Source: Pseudothermotoga sp. (GTDB taxonomy: Bacteria > Thermotogota > Thermotogae > Thermotogales > DSM-5069). Taken from it: 64,000 nt of DNA. A program made the position numbers and the translations under genes. Below, piece after piece: positions 31,515 through 39,634 of this stretch. The DNA lies in the NCBI GenBank assembly GCA_031962025.1, contig JAVRKW010000002.1. One strand, written 5' to 3'. The first letter of the stretch is position 1; every line of letters starts with the position of its first letter. A model generated the notes under the pieces. It was not told the DNA's origin. It worked only from the letters and a program-made list of their open reading frames with translations, and ran no database searches.

Positions 31515-32771
31515 CTATTGGTGGTTGGTGGCTGGCTTGACTTTTACCAGCAACATATCTCCACCGCCGTGTGATCTTGCTCTAAATCCTGCAACATACG
31601 AATAGGACACACCGGCAACAAGATAGCTGTTATCAAGAACCTGCAGGGCATAAGCAATTTCGTCCATATCATCTCCTATGCATTTTTGCCAGACAAGATC
31701 ACCTTTTTTGTCTGTCTTTACGATCCAATAATCACTCCCGTGGTGCTTTTCACCGACATCACCATCGTCAGACCAGGTTGTCCCAGCCAGAACATAACCG
31801 TCATCGGTTTCAACCACTTTCTGAGCGATATCATCAGAACTTCCACCGTATGTTTTCAAAAATTCTCTATTCGCTTTTGCATCGAATTTCATCAACACAA
31901 AATCAGCCGCGCGTGATTTACCATTTATCTGTTCAGACCAGCTCACACCGCAGACTGCAAAACCTCCATCTTTTGTTGGAATGACATTTGTTGCTTGATC
32001 CCAATCACTTCCACCAAAGGTCTTTTGCCATATCAGCTCACCCTTTTGTGAAACCTTTACAAGCCACATATCTGCGGAACCGTTGTTGAATTGAACATCT
32101 TTATCACAGGACTTTGTCATACCGACAACAACATACCCATCTTCCAGCTTTGCAAGGCTGAACGCCGTGTCCCAGTCACTACCACCAAAGGTTCTATCCC
32201 ACAGAATATTGCCCTGATAATCTGTTTTGACAATCCAGAAATCTTCCGATCCACAACAGGTCGTGTAGCCGGCAAACACATATCCGTCATCCTCAATCAC
32301 ATCAAAAGCCGTTTCATAACCTTTTGTCCCATAACACTTTTTCCATTCAAGATTACCCTTGCTGTCGTATTTCACAAGCCACGTGTCCTGTCCACCGTAC
32401 TGAACAGGAAAATCACCATCTTGAGAATCACTTATCACGGTTGCTATGAACCCACCGTCCGTTGTTGGCTTGACACAAATTGCACCGTCAGTGCCGCTGC
32501 CGCCAAGTTCCTTCTGCCAGATTAACTTCCCGTCCTTTGATAACTTAACCAATAGGGCGTTTTGATCACCATAACCGGTCCATCCGGCGACGATAATTCC
32601 ATCTGAAAGCGTAGCCACGTTGTAAGCTATGTCTCTTGAAGTTTTTCCTATGAACCCAAGCCACTGAACGTTGTCTGTGCGCGTGGATCTTTCGTATGGG
32701 ATCAAAAAAATCATCAGCAAAAACAGTACTCCTATGATTATCACAGTCCAGAACGCAGAAACCTTTGCCAC
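31515..32771 (-). CDS. Membrane-anchored beta-propeller-type repeat protein
   Basis: N-terminal TM, about 7 repeats of DGYVxAG-T-S...DxWxVKxDxxGxxxWxKxxGGSxxD. Confidence 0.75.
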   Translation of the reverse strand: MAKVSAFWTVIIIGVLFLLMIFLIPYERSTRTDNVQWLGFIGKTSRDIAYNVATLSDGIIVAGWTGYGDQNALLVKLSKDGKLIWQKELGGSGTDGAICVKPTTDGGFIATVISDSQDGDFPVQYGGQDTWLVKYDSKGNLEWKKCYGTKGYETAFDVIEDDGYVFAGYTTCCGSEDFWIVKTDYQGNILWDRTFGGSDWDTAFSLAKLEDGYVVVGMTKSCDKDVQFNNGSADMWLVKVSQKGELIWQKTFGGSDWDQATNVIPTKDGGFAVCGVSWSEQINGKSRAADFVLMKFDAKANREFLKTYGGSSDDIAQKVVETDDGYVLAGTTWSDDGDVGEKHHGSDYWIVKTDKKGDLVWQKCIGDDMDEIAYALQVLDNSYLVAGVSYSYVAGFRARSHGGGDMLLVKVKPATNHQ

Positions 32772-32921
32772 AAAACCACCTCCCTGTTTATTTTAATACC
32801 AACCCTGCCAAAATTTCTGTGTAAAAGTATCAATATTTTTGATAGTCACTTAATTATTATTGAGAATAATCAAAATATACATCATATATATAATTAGTAC
32901 TTAAAAATATTGAAAATGGAC

Positions 32922-32950
32922 TTGACATTTTTTGAGTGCAGTGATAAAAT
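32922..32950 (+). promoter_or_regulatory. Near-consensus sigma70 promoter
   Basis: TTGACA-N17-TAAAAT with extended -10 TG. Confidence 0.75.
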
Positions 32951-32969
32951 TTTTTCGGAGGTGATATCA

Positions 32970-33137
32970 ATGATGGAATACTTGATAGCAAAAGCAAGGA
33001 TCGACGAGCTTCTGAAGGAGGCTGAAACTGAAAGAATGCTGAATCAGCTGAAAAAACAGATCAGGGTTATCAGGGGTTCAAATGTTAACAGCCAGAAAAC
33101 CGCTGAACAGACAAGACATTCAAAAACTCATGTCTGA
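32970..33137 (+). CDS. Small hypothetical protein (55 aa)
   Basis: SD GGAGGTG, strong promoter, MMEYLIAKARIDELLKEAETERMLNQLKK. Confidence 0.65.
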   Translation: MMEYLIAKARIDELLKEAETERMLNQLKKQIRVIRGSNVNSQKTAEQTRHSKTHV

Positions 33138-33607
33138 TTCATCAATTTTTCTGCAAAGTCCAAAATCTTTTGAGTCCTAATACCAAACTGCGGCTTGGCT
33201 CTTTTTTCAATCTGCCTGAGTATGAATCTGAACAGAAAATTCATTCTTTGATAATTCAACTCACCTCCAAAGAAATCCTTCACCCTGACAATGCTTAAAA
33301 GTTCTCTGTCAAAATTACTGTTTATGTATTGATCAAAGTGTTTTTGTTCGCCAAGCATGCACAAATAGATACCAACTTTCTTTTCTTTGATCTTTTGAAA
33401 GTTCATAGACATGAACCTTTTGATCTTTTTACTTATGTGACCGGCGTGCACATAACTGCCAATCACAATGCAATCATAACTCTCAAGGCTGGGTAATCTT
33501 TGCTCTGAGATATTTACCATATCAGCATTTTGCAGTTTCTCGGCGATTATTTTTGCACATTTTTCAGCTGTTCCAGTATAAGTATCATAAACAATAAGAG
33601 TTTTCAT
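33128..33607 (-). CDS. Flavodoxin-domain protein (HemG-like)
   Basis: LIVYDTYTGTAEKCA, YDCIVIGSYVHAG, FGGEL. Confidence 0.8.
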   Translation of the reverse strand: MKTLIVYDTYTGTAEKCAKIIAEKLQNADMVNISEQRLPSLESYDCIVIGSYVHAGHISKKIKRFMSMNFQKIKEKKVGIYLCMLGEQKHFDQYINSNFDRELLSIVRVKDFFGGELNYQRMNFLFRFILRQIEKRAKPQFGIRTQKILDFAEKLMNQT

Positions 33608-33682
33608 ACAATTACCCTGCTGCAATTATACTCTTTGCGGTACAATAATTATAAAACTGATTATGCGAAGAAGGGTTAATCG

Positions 33683-34789
33683 ATGTTCTTTGCTCTCTGT
33701 GTTCTTGAAGCGCTTGTGTATTCGGTTATGGCTTGCTCCACGCTCATGAGCCAGTATTTTGCTTTTTCGGGGTTCTCCCCACTTCAACTTGGTTTTATCA
33801 TGGCTTTACCTTCTTTGACCTCGATTTATGCCAACTTTATATACTTCAACATCGGTGCCAGATTTTCTATCAGAAAAACTGTGATGCTTTTTTCACTGTG
33901 CGCCAGTGCATCACTCTGGTTTGTATTTTTATCAAAGGGTTTTTACCTGAAATTTCTGTTCATGATCATTTTGACTTTTTTTCAGGGTGCACTATTGCCA
34001 CTTATCGAATCTGCTATGATCGATTATTCACACAGTTCATCTTTATCTTACAACAAAATAAGAATCTGGGGTACTATCGGATATACCATCACTGCGTTCA
34101 TCGCTGGCAGGATTGTTAAATCTGGTTTTGTGTGGTTTTTTGCGATCTTTTCAGCAATTTTCTTGATGATAAATGTTCTTTCCAGGTTACTTCATCAAAA
34201 AACTGCAGAGCGACAGAAAACAAAATTGAAAGCTGTGAGCAAAAGCTTTTTGTTGCTTTTTGCCATAGTCACAGCATGTGTCGGATTTAACCTGTTTAAC
34301 AGCGTTTTTTTGCCAGTTTTAGTCAAAGAGAGATCGTATGATCCGTCGCTGGTTGGAACAACACTGTCTTTGATGGCACTCAGTGAACTACCATTTCTTT
34401 TGAACGCAGAAAAAATACGCACAAGATTGAAAAGCAATGTCCTTTTTATGACAGGCGTTTTCGTAATTGGTATGAGACTTGTTCTTGTACCTTTGAGCTG
34501 GTCTCAAACAAGTCTTATACTCATCCAGATGCTTCATGGCTGGACTTTCATAGTGATATACTATTCAACGATTCACCTGATGAGAGAAAAACTAAAAGGA
34601 CAGGCTCTTTTATACACGCAGGCGCTTTTCTGGATAGCCCTTCAGGGCATAGGACCGTTGATCGGCTCGACAATCGGAGGAGTTGTTGTAGAAAAGATGG
34701 GAACAGATAACACGTATTTGCTTTTTGGAATGTTATGTCTTGGCATGGCAGTTTATTCAGTTTATTTTTTAAAAAGGCACTTTGAATAA
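33683..34789 (+). CDS. MFS transporter
   Basis: About 12 TMs, YNKIRIWGTIGY, SELPF, QMLHG. Confidence 0.85.
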   Translation: MFFALCVLEALVYSVMACSTLMSQYFAFSGFSPLQLGFIMALPSLTSIYANFIYFNIGARFSIRKTVMLFSLCASASLWFVFLSKGFYLKFLFMIILTFFQGALLPLIESAMIDYSHSSSLSYNKIRIWGTIGYTITAFIAGRIVKSGFVWFFAIFSAIFLMINVLSRLLHQKTAERQKTKLKAVSKSFLLLFAIVTACVGFNLFNSVFLPVLVKERSYDPSLVGTTLSLMALSELPFLLNAEKIRTRLKSNVLFMTGVFVIGMRLVLVPLSWSQTSLILIQMLHGWTFIVIYYSTIHLMREKLKGQALLYTQALFWIALQGIGPLIGSTIGGVVVEKMGTDNTYLLFGMLCLGMAVYSVYFLKRHFE

Positions 34790-34835
34790 GTGAGCTACCG
34801 TCCATCTGTGCAGGTATGGACTTTTTGCTTTGTTG

Positions 34836-35720
34836 CTATATATTGCATCTTCTGAGAAGCTCACACAAAAGATTCTCTTCTTTGTTTACGTCAATACAGA
34901 CAACATCGAGTTCCTTTTTAAGCCTGTCAACTACCTGTGATATATCTAATTTTGATAGCTGATATCCTTCAACTCGCCGTTCTGGATAGCACGGATTGAC
35001 TGTTACACACAGCAATTTTGGTTTTCTCTTCACGGCAATGTCCAGCTTTTCCAGCAACTTCTCGAGCTTTGCATAGTCATCCATTAAAATCAAGTGTATC
35101 GGTGATTCTACCAGCAAAGATTTGTCTGAGCAAGACAGTAATTTATCAACACCAACAACACCAAAAAACTGTATCCTGTTTCTGTCATCTGCTTGCGGCA
35201 GCATAAAGGCTTTTACCATAAATCTTGTTTCAGCAACGAGTTCATTCAGGTCTGTAGTTCTTGCGGCTCCCGTTGCTATAATCACATAATCCACATACTG
35301 AAACGGCACCATTCTGTTTATAGCTCCATCGACCAGCAGGAAATCTACCGCGTAGAGCTGAATCTTTTTCATCACATCTAAAAGATCATCACTTGAGTTT
35401 GGACCGACAAGCACAGCCGTACCAAGTTCTTTTACTCTGTAGATACAAATCTTTCCCATAGGGGTTTTCAGGGGCAGGTTCTCAAGCAGTTCCAACTTCG
35501 CAGTCGAATGACGTGCTGCCCGTTCACTTGTTACCACCACGGTACCTTCATCGACGACAACTTTGGGTTTTGGTAAACCTGTAACATGATCAAAGTCTTC
35601 GCCGTCAAAACCAATACTGGTTACTGCGAGTTTTTTATCGCTCAAACATCTGATAACCGCACCCAGGGCTGTCGTTTTACCTGTGTTCTTGGCTGTTCCC
35701 AGAATCCCGATCGTCAGCAT
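34836..35720 (-). CDS. KamB-like aminomutase reactivase subunit
   Basis: GTAKNTGKTT P-loop, TSIGFDGE-D-VTG-PKP, LVGP, LVDGAINR and IATGA match my recollection of the KamB family; overlaps the mutase stop. Confidence 0.7.
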   Translation of the reverse strand: MLTIGILGTAKNTGKTTALGAVIRCLSDKKLAVTSIGFDGEDFDHVTGLPKPKVVVDEGTVVVTSERAARHSTAKLELLENLPLKTPMGKICIYRVKELGTAVLVGPNSSDDLLDVMKKIQLYAVDFLLVDGAINRMVPFQYVDYVIIATGAARTTDLNELVAETRFMVKAFMLPQADDRNRIQFFGVVGVDKLLSCSDKSLLVESPIHLILMDDYAKLEKLLEKLDIAVKRKPKLLCVTVNPCYPERRVEGYQLSKLDISQVVDRLKKELDVVCIDVNKEENLLCELLRRCNI

Positions 35721-37492
35721 TTTCTGACCGTTCCCCTGCCTGCCCTGCCGGGGTTTGCTCCTTCTTCTCTGGTTCCAAATAAACCTTCGTACAGTGATGC
35801 CACAAAATCACCGCGTTCGGCAACTTTCCTGAGAGTATCGTAGATTCCATCTTTAATCATCTGTGCATACTCAAAGGCTTGTTTTGTTGGTTCTATCTTT
35901 GTTTTTCCGAAGAATCTAAACGCATCGGCGATGGCTCTGAGACTATCTATTCTTGCAGAGGTCGTTATAGCGCCTCTTGCATAAGCTTCATCTGTTGAAG
36001 ATACGGTTATAGCATCGAGCTCAAGTGATTTTCCAAGGGCTGCATGGAGGGCTGTTGTCATAGCTGATTGCACCCTATCTTCTGTATGGGTCATAAAACC
36101 GATTGGTTCTCCGGGCCATATAGGAGCGTCGATGATCTGTCTCAAAGCAAGGACTTTGCCGACATTGTAATCCACATAATTGTCCTGCATATATCCGTTT
36201 ATGATGGCATCTGGAGAATAACAGAACAAAGGCTTGAGTATAGGTCTTGCGCCGAGTTTCACACCCAGGTATGCCACAACGATCATCCCTGCAAATGCCT
36301 TTGGCGCTGGAACTCCACCGAGTTCTTCGTTTGTGGGTAAATCAAACGGCATTTTGAATCTCGCCGCAAGTTTTATAGAAAAAACACCATCGACTGTGAG
36401 CCTCTCTGGATCTGTACCGCCGTTCAGTGACCCATAGACTATGTTGATCTTTGTGAGATCAGCCCCGGCTTCGTGCGCAAGTAAAACTGTCTCTGGTGTG
36501 TTAACACCTCTGTGAGCACGCACACACCACAGTGTTGAGTCATCCAGAGCAGATTTTATGAGTTTGAGATTTTCGAGCGTTATGATCGAGCCATCTTCTT
36601 CGTGTGCCAGCAACCCTTCTAACAGACCTTCGCATCTTGCACCCCAGGATGGGTCAAAGTGCAAAACTCCATCTGCACCCCAGGCTTCACTGATTTTTAT
36701 GTGCATCGCATCCATGAATGGACAGCCCGTGCCGTACTGCACAAAAATCAGTGGCATTTCAGTACTATGACGCAGTGTCCTTGACTGATAGGAAATTTTA
36801 CCGATCAATCGGCTTAGCTTGTCGATTTCCTCCTGAGTGATCAATCTAACACGTTTTGGAACAGTTCTTTCTCTGTAATAAGACCTGACAGGATCATCGC
36901 ACAGCTTTGTATATTCATCCCAAAGATCTTCACCGCTGATGATTCTTTCTCTGATCATCGCTCTTTCAATACCCGGACTTGTTCTTTCAGACGCCCACTG
37001 AATTATCTGGTCGGTTATTTTTTCAAGAAGATCGACAAACGCGCTGTCCTTGATTTGATAGGTATATCCCTGTGTAATGTCTCTTTTGACTTTCTTTACA
37101 CCATTGCCCTGCGCTGATAATTCTCTACCTTCCACATAGGCAATTACCTCTTCCCAGCGCGTTTTTTCTCCAAAACCTGCATCATAACCGAGTTCTGCGG
37201 CAAGCTCTCTGGTTATCGCTTTGCCACCAACAACAACTTTGCATCTTCTTCTCAACCCCGACGCATCCAGAAGATCTATGAACCTTCCTAAAAGTTCCGC
37301 GGCATTGTAACCAAGTGTCCTGCTGACCATTATGTAATCGGGTAATTCTTTCTGGCATATTTCGATTATCTCTTCCATTTTCATATCCGGTGGCAGCAAA
37401 ATGGTCTGGTAACCTCGCCGGGAAAATTCCCGATTTAGCATCTTCAAAGCAACATCGTGAACAGGGTCCAGTGGTACCAGAACTATCTTCAT
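35714..37492 (-). CDS. Cobalamin-dependent aminomutase-like protein (N-terminal B12 domain + OraE/KamD-like TIM barrel)
   Basis: DPVHDVA, MVSRT, VVVGGKAITRELAAELGYDAGFG (B12 Rossmann domain); GTGCPFMD...WGADGV, GLLEG...ITLENLKLIKSALD, GVNTPETVLLAHEAG, VYGSL...DPERLTVD (barrel). Confidence 0.75.
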   Translation of the reverse strand: MKIVLVPLDPVHDVALKMLNREFSRRGYQTILLPPDMKMEEIIEICQKELPDYIMVSRTLGYNAAELLGRFIDLLDASGLRRRCKVVVGGKAITRELAAELGYDAGFGEKTRWEEVIAYVEGRELSAQGNGVKKVKRDITQGYTYQIKDSAFVDLLEKITDQIIQWASERTSPGIERAMIRERIISGEDLWDEYTKLCDDPVRSYYRERTVPKRVRLITQEEIDKLSRLIGKISYQSRTLRHSTEMPLIFVQYGTGCPFMDAMHIKISEAWGADGVLHFDPSWGARCEGLLEGLLAHEEDGSIITLENLKLIKSALDDSTLWCVRAHRGVNTPETVLLAHEAGADLTKINIVYGSLNGGTDPERLTVDGVFSIKLAARFKMPFDLPTNEELGGVPAPKAFAGMIVVAYLGVKLGARPILKPLFCYSPDAIINGYMQDNYVDYNVGKVLALRQIIDAPIWPGEPIGFMTHTEDRVQSAMTTALHAALGKSLELDAITVSSTDEAYARGAITTSARIDSLRAIADAFRFFGKTKIEPTKQAFEYAQMIKDGIYDTLRKVAERGDFVASLYEGLFGTREEGANPGRAGRGTVRKC

Positions 37493-37719
37493 TTTTCACC
37501 GCCCCCATCGATCCAGCCGTATTTATCACCCGGTCTGTACACATAAGCTCTGAGTCTGATTCTTGCAGCAAAACCATTGTGCTCCACAAAGACCACATCG
37601 ACGTCCTTAAAACCAAAAGACTTCATCATCTGGATACCAATATCACGAGCCTGCTGTTCGCTTTCAGATAACAGGGTGGTTTCAACATCCACCGCATCTA
37701 TTACATATTCTTCGAACAT
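37489..37719 (-). CDS. Small protein resembling the OraE/KamE dimerization domain
   Basis: SD GAGGTG, ATGA overlap with the mutase; SEQQARDIGIQMMKSFGFKDVDVVFVEHNGFAARIRLRAYV pattern. Confidence 0.55.
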   Translation of the reverse strand: MFEEYVIDAVDVETTLLSESEQQARDIGIQMMKSFGFKDVDVVFVEHNGFAARIRLRAYVYRPGDKYGWIDGGGEK

Positions 37720-37728
37720 TAAATCACC

Positions 37729-38577
37729 TCACTCTTTTAAAGCACCATCCATGATATAACCCTGTGCCACAACTCTCGCATCGCCTTCTAAATAAATATC
37801 CTTGAAAAAAGATGAAACCATCTTGAAACCAACTTTCAAATTACCTCCTCTTGCTCGAACCAAAACTGGAGACTGCACCTTTGAAAGAAGGTGAGATACC
37901 AGACAGGAAGCGATTGAACCTGTCCCACAGGCAAGTGTTTCGTCCTCCACACCGCGCTCGTAAGTTCTTATGGTTATTTCATTTCTGCCAGAGATTTTCA
38001 CGAAATTCACGTTTGTACCATTTGCAAAGACATCTGTGCAGTATCTGAGCCTTCTTCCAAGATCTTTTAAAAGATCGTCACTCATCGATTCAACATCCTG
38101 TGTATATACAACTGCATGTGGAACTCCCACAACTGCAAAATGATATTCAATCTCACCAAAGCCAAAATCGTGGTGTTGGTTCAATTTGAAAAAATTCACA
38201 TCCAAGTCTGGAAAAATCACTCTCACATTCTCGCCGATGATCAGAGCCTCGTATATACCTGAAATGGTTTGAAATTTCATCCTTTCACGTGCAACACCTG
38301 AAAGATAAGCAAACTTTGAAACACATCGAGCACCATTACCGCACATTTCACCTTCGCTTCCATCTGAATTGAAATACCTCATTTTGAAGTCCGCCTTATC
38401 TGAGTTTTCAAGAATTATCAAGCCATCCGCACCTATCGATTTTCTTCTGCGGCAAACTAATCTCACAAAATCTTTTATATCCATATCAAGATCTTTGAGA
38501 ATACCTTCTCTGTTGTCTATCAAAATAAAATCATTGCCAGCACCATTCATCTTCACAAATTTCACTTTCATCAACAT
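37729..38577 (-). CDS. dapF: Diaminopimelate epimerase family protein
   Basis: KMNGAGNDF, IGADG, EMCGNG, GVPH, NVNF, RTYERGVEDETLACGTG (both catalytic Cys). Confidence 0.9.
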   Translation of the reverse strand: MLMKVKFVKMNGAGNDFILIDNREGILKDLDMDIKDFVRLVCRRRKSIGADGLIILENSDKADFKMRYFNSDGSEGEMCGNGARCVSKFAYLSGVARERMKFQTISGIYEALIIGENVRVIFPDLDVNFFKLNQHHDFGFGEIEYHFAVVGVPHAVVYTQDVESMSDDLLKDLGRRLRYCTDVFANGTNVNFVKISGRNEITIRTYERGVEDETLACGTGSIASCLVSHLLSKVQSPVLVRARGGNLKVGFKMVSSFFKDIYLEGDARVVAQGYIMDGALKE

Positions 38578-38662
38578 TCAGCGCAGTCAATCTCATCTTC
38601 TGTAAGATAAAAAATGCGCTGTGTCCTCCTTTCTAAATAAACGGTGGACATTTGACTGATAT

Positions 38663-39571
38663 TTACAGCAATCTACATAGCAAATCATCTTTTTCACCAC
38701 AGAGAAAATCGATCACAGGTATCTCAGGAAGCGTGTAGCATCCGGGCTTTTGTTTCACAGTAGCCCTTGCCGCAGCAACCATTACCTGTGCTGTCGCGGC
38801 TGGATTGTTCACCCACATGTGAAATTCCATTCTCTGATTGCAGGCTTTAGCCGAAGTACCTTTGCGCTCTATCTTTACACAGTGACCCATATCCACCAGT
38901 CTGCTCACATCATTCACCTGATTTATGTAAAGCTCATCGTGTGAGAAATAGGGGTCTTGGGCTATTTTCTTTGCGACATCTGCAAAATCATATCCCTCTT
39001 TCAACTGAACATAAACAACCCTTGAATGCATTCCCATGCCTTTTGGATAGGTTATCGAAATGGCATCTTTTACACCTTCTATACGTTTCACAGCCACAGT
39101 ATGACCCATGCTCATACCGGGTCCGAAATTCGTCCAGGTGATACCTTTTGGAGCTATTATTTCAAAAATCACCCTTATGATCGAATCAGTTCCAGGATCC
39201 CAGCCGGCAGATATGATCGAAACGGCACCGCTTTCTTTTGCGATTTTGTCAAGGTCTTTCTTTAAACGTATAGCACCCTCTGCACCGTGTATATCGTAAG
39301 CATCGACGGTGTTTATGCCTCTTCTCAGATACTGCGGTGCAATATGCGGAACAGCTCTACTGTCAATTGCCAGAATGGCGACATCGGGTTTGATAAAATT
39401 TTCAACGCTGTCGGATATGGGTATGTTTTTGAATTCTTCTTTTAGCAAATTGATTTTCTCAGATATCTCAACTATGCCGACCAACTCCATATCTTCGCTC
39501 TGAGAAATACAATCAAAGACAGCACGCCCAACATTACCCATGCCGACAATCGCAACTTTTATCCTGCTCAT
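38663..39571 (-). CDS. ddh: meso-Diaminopimelate D-dehydrogenase (short, about 300-aa type)
   Basis: VGMGNVG, NTVDAYDIHG, SAGWDPGTDS, TNFGPGMSMGH, DPYF, NNPAATAQ. Confidence 0.9.
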   Translation of the reverse strand: MSRIKVAIVGMGNVGRAVFDCISQSEDMELVGIVEISEKINLLKEEFKNIPISDSVENFIKPDVAILAIDSRAVPHIAPQYLRRGINTVDAYDIHGAEGAIRLKKDLDKIAKESGAVSIISAGWDPGTDSIIRVIFEIIAPKGITWTNFGPGMSMGHTVAVKRIEGVKDAISITYPKGMGMHSRVVYVQLKEGYDFADVAKKIAQDPYFSHDELYINQVNDVSRLVDMGHCVKIERKGTSAKACNQRMEFHMWVNNPAATAQVMVAAARATVKQKPGCYTLPEIPVIDFLCGEKDDLLCRLL

Positions 39572-39608
39572 TAATTCATTCTCCTTTCCAAGGCTGATTG
39601 GTTCTTTT

Positions 39609-39632
39609 AAAGGGGGACAAAAGTCCCCCTTT
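39609..39632. terminator. Intercistronic hairpin between transporter and ddh
   Basis: AAAGGGGGAC-N4-GTCCCCCTTT perfect inverted repeat. Confidence 0.6.
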
Positions 39633-39634
39633 TA

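Noticed and set aside
31515..32771. Internal DNA repeats suggesting a repeat array
   Set aside because: They are degenerate protein-level propeller repeats inside one CDS.
35714..37492. Calling it oraE, kamD/kamE or a corrinoid methyltransferase protein
   Set aside because: Domain order, the missing PLP-lysine loop and absent pathway partners do not fit; the barrel motifs and KamB-like neighbour argue against a methyltransferase.
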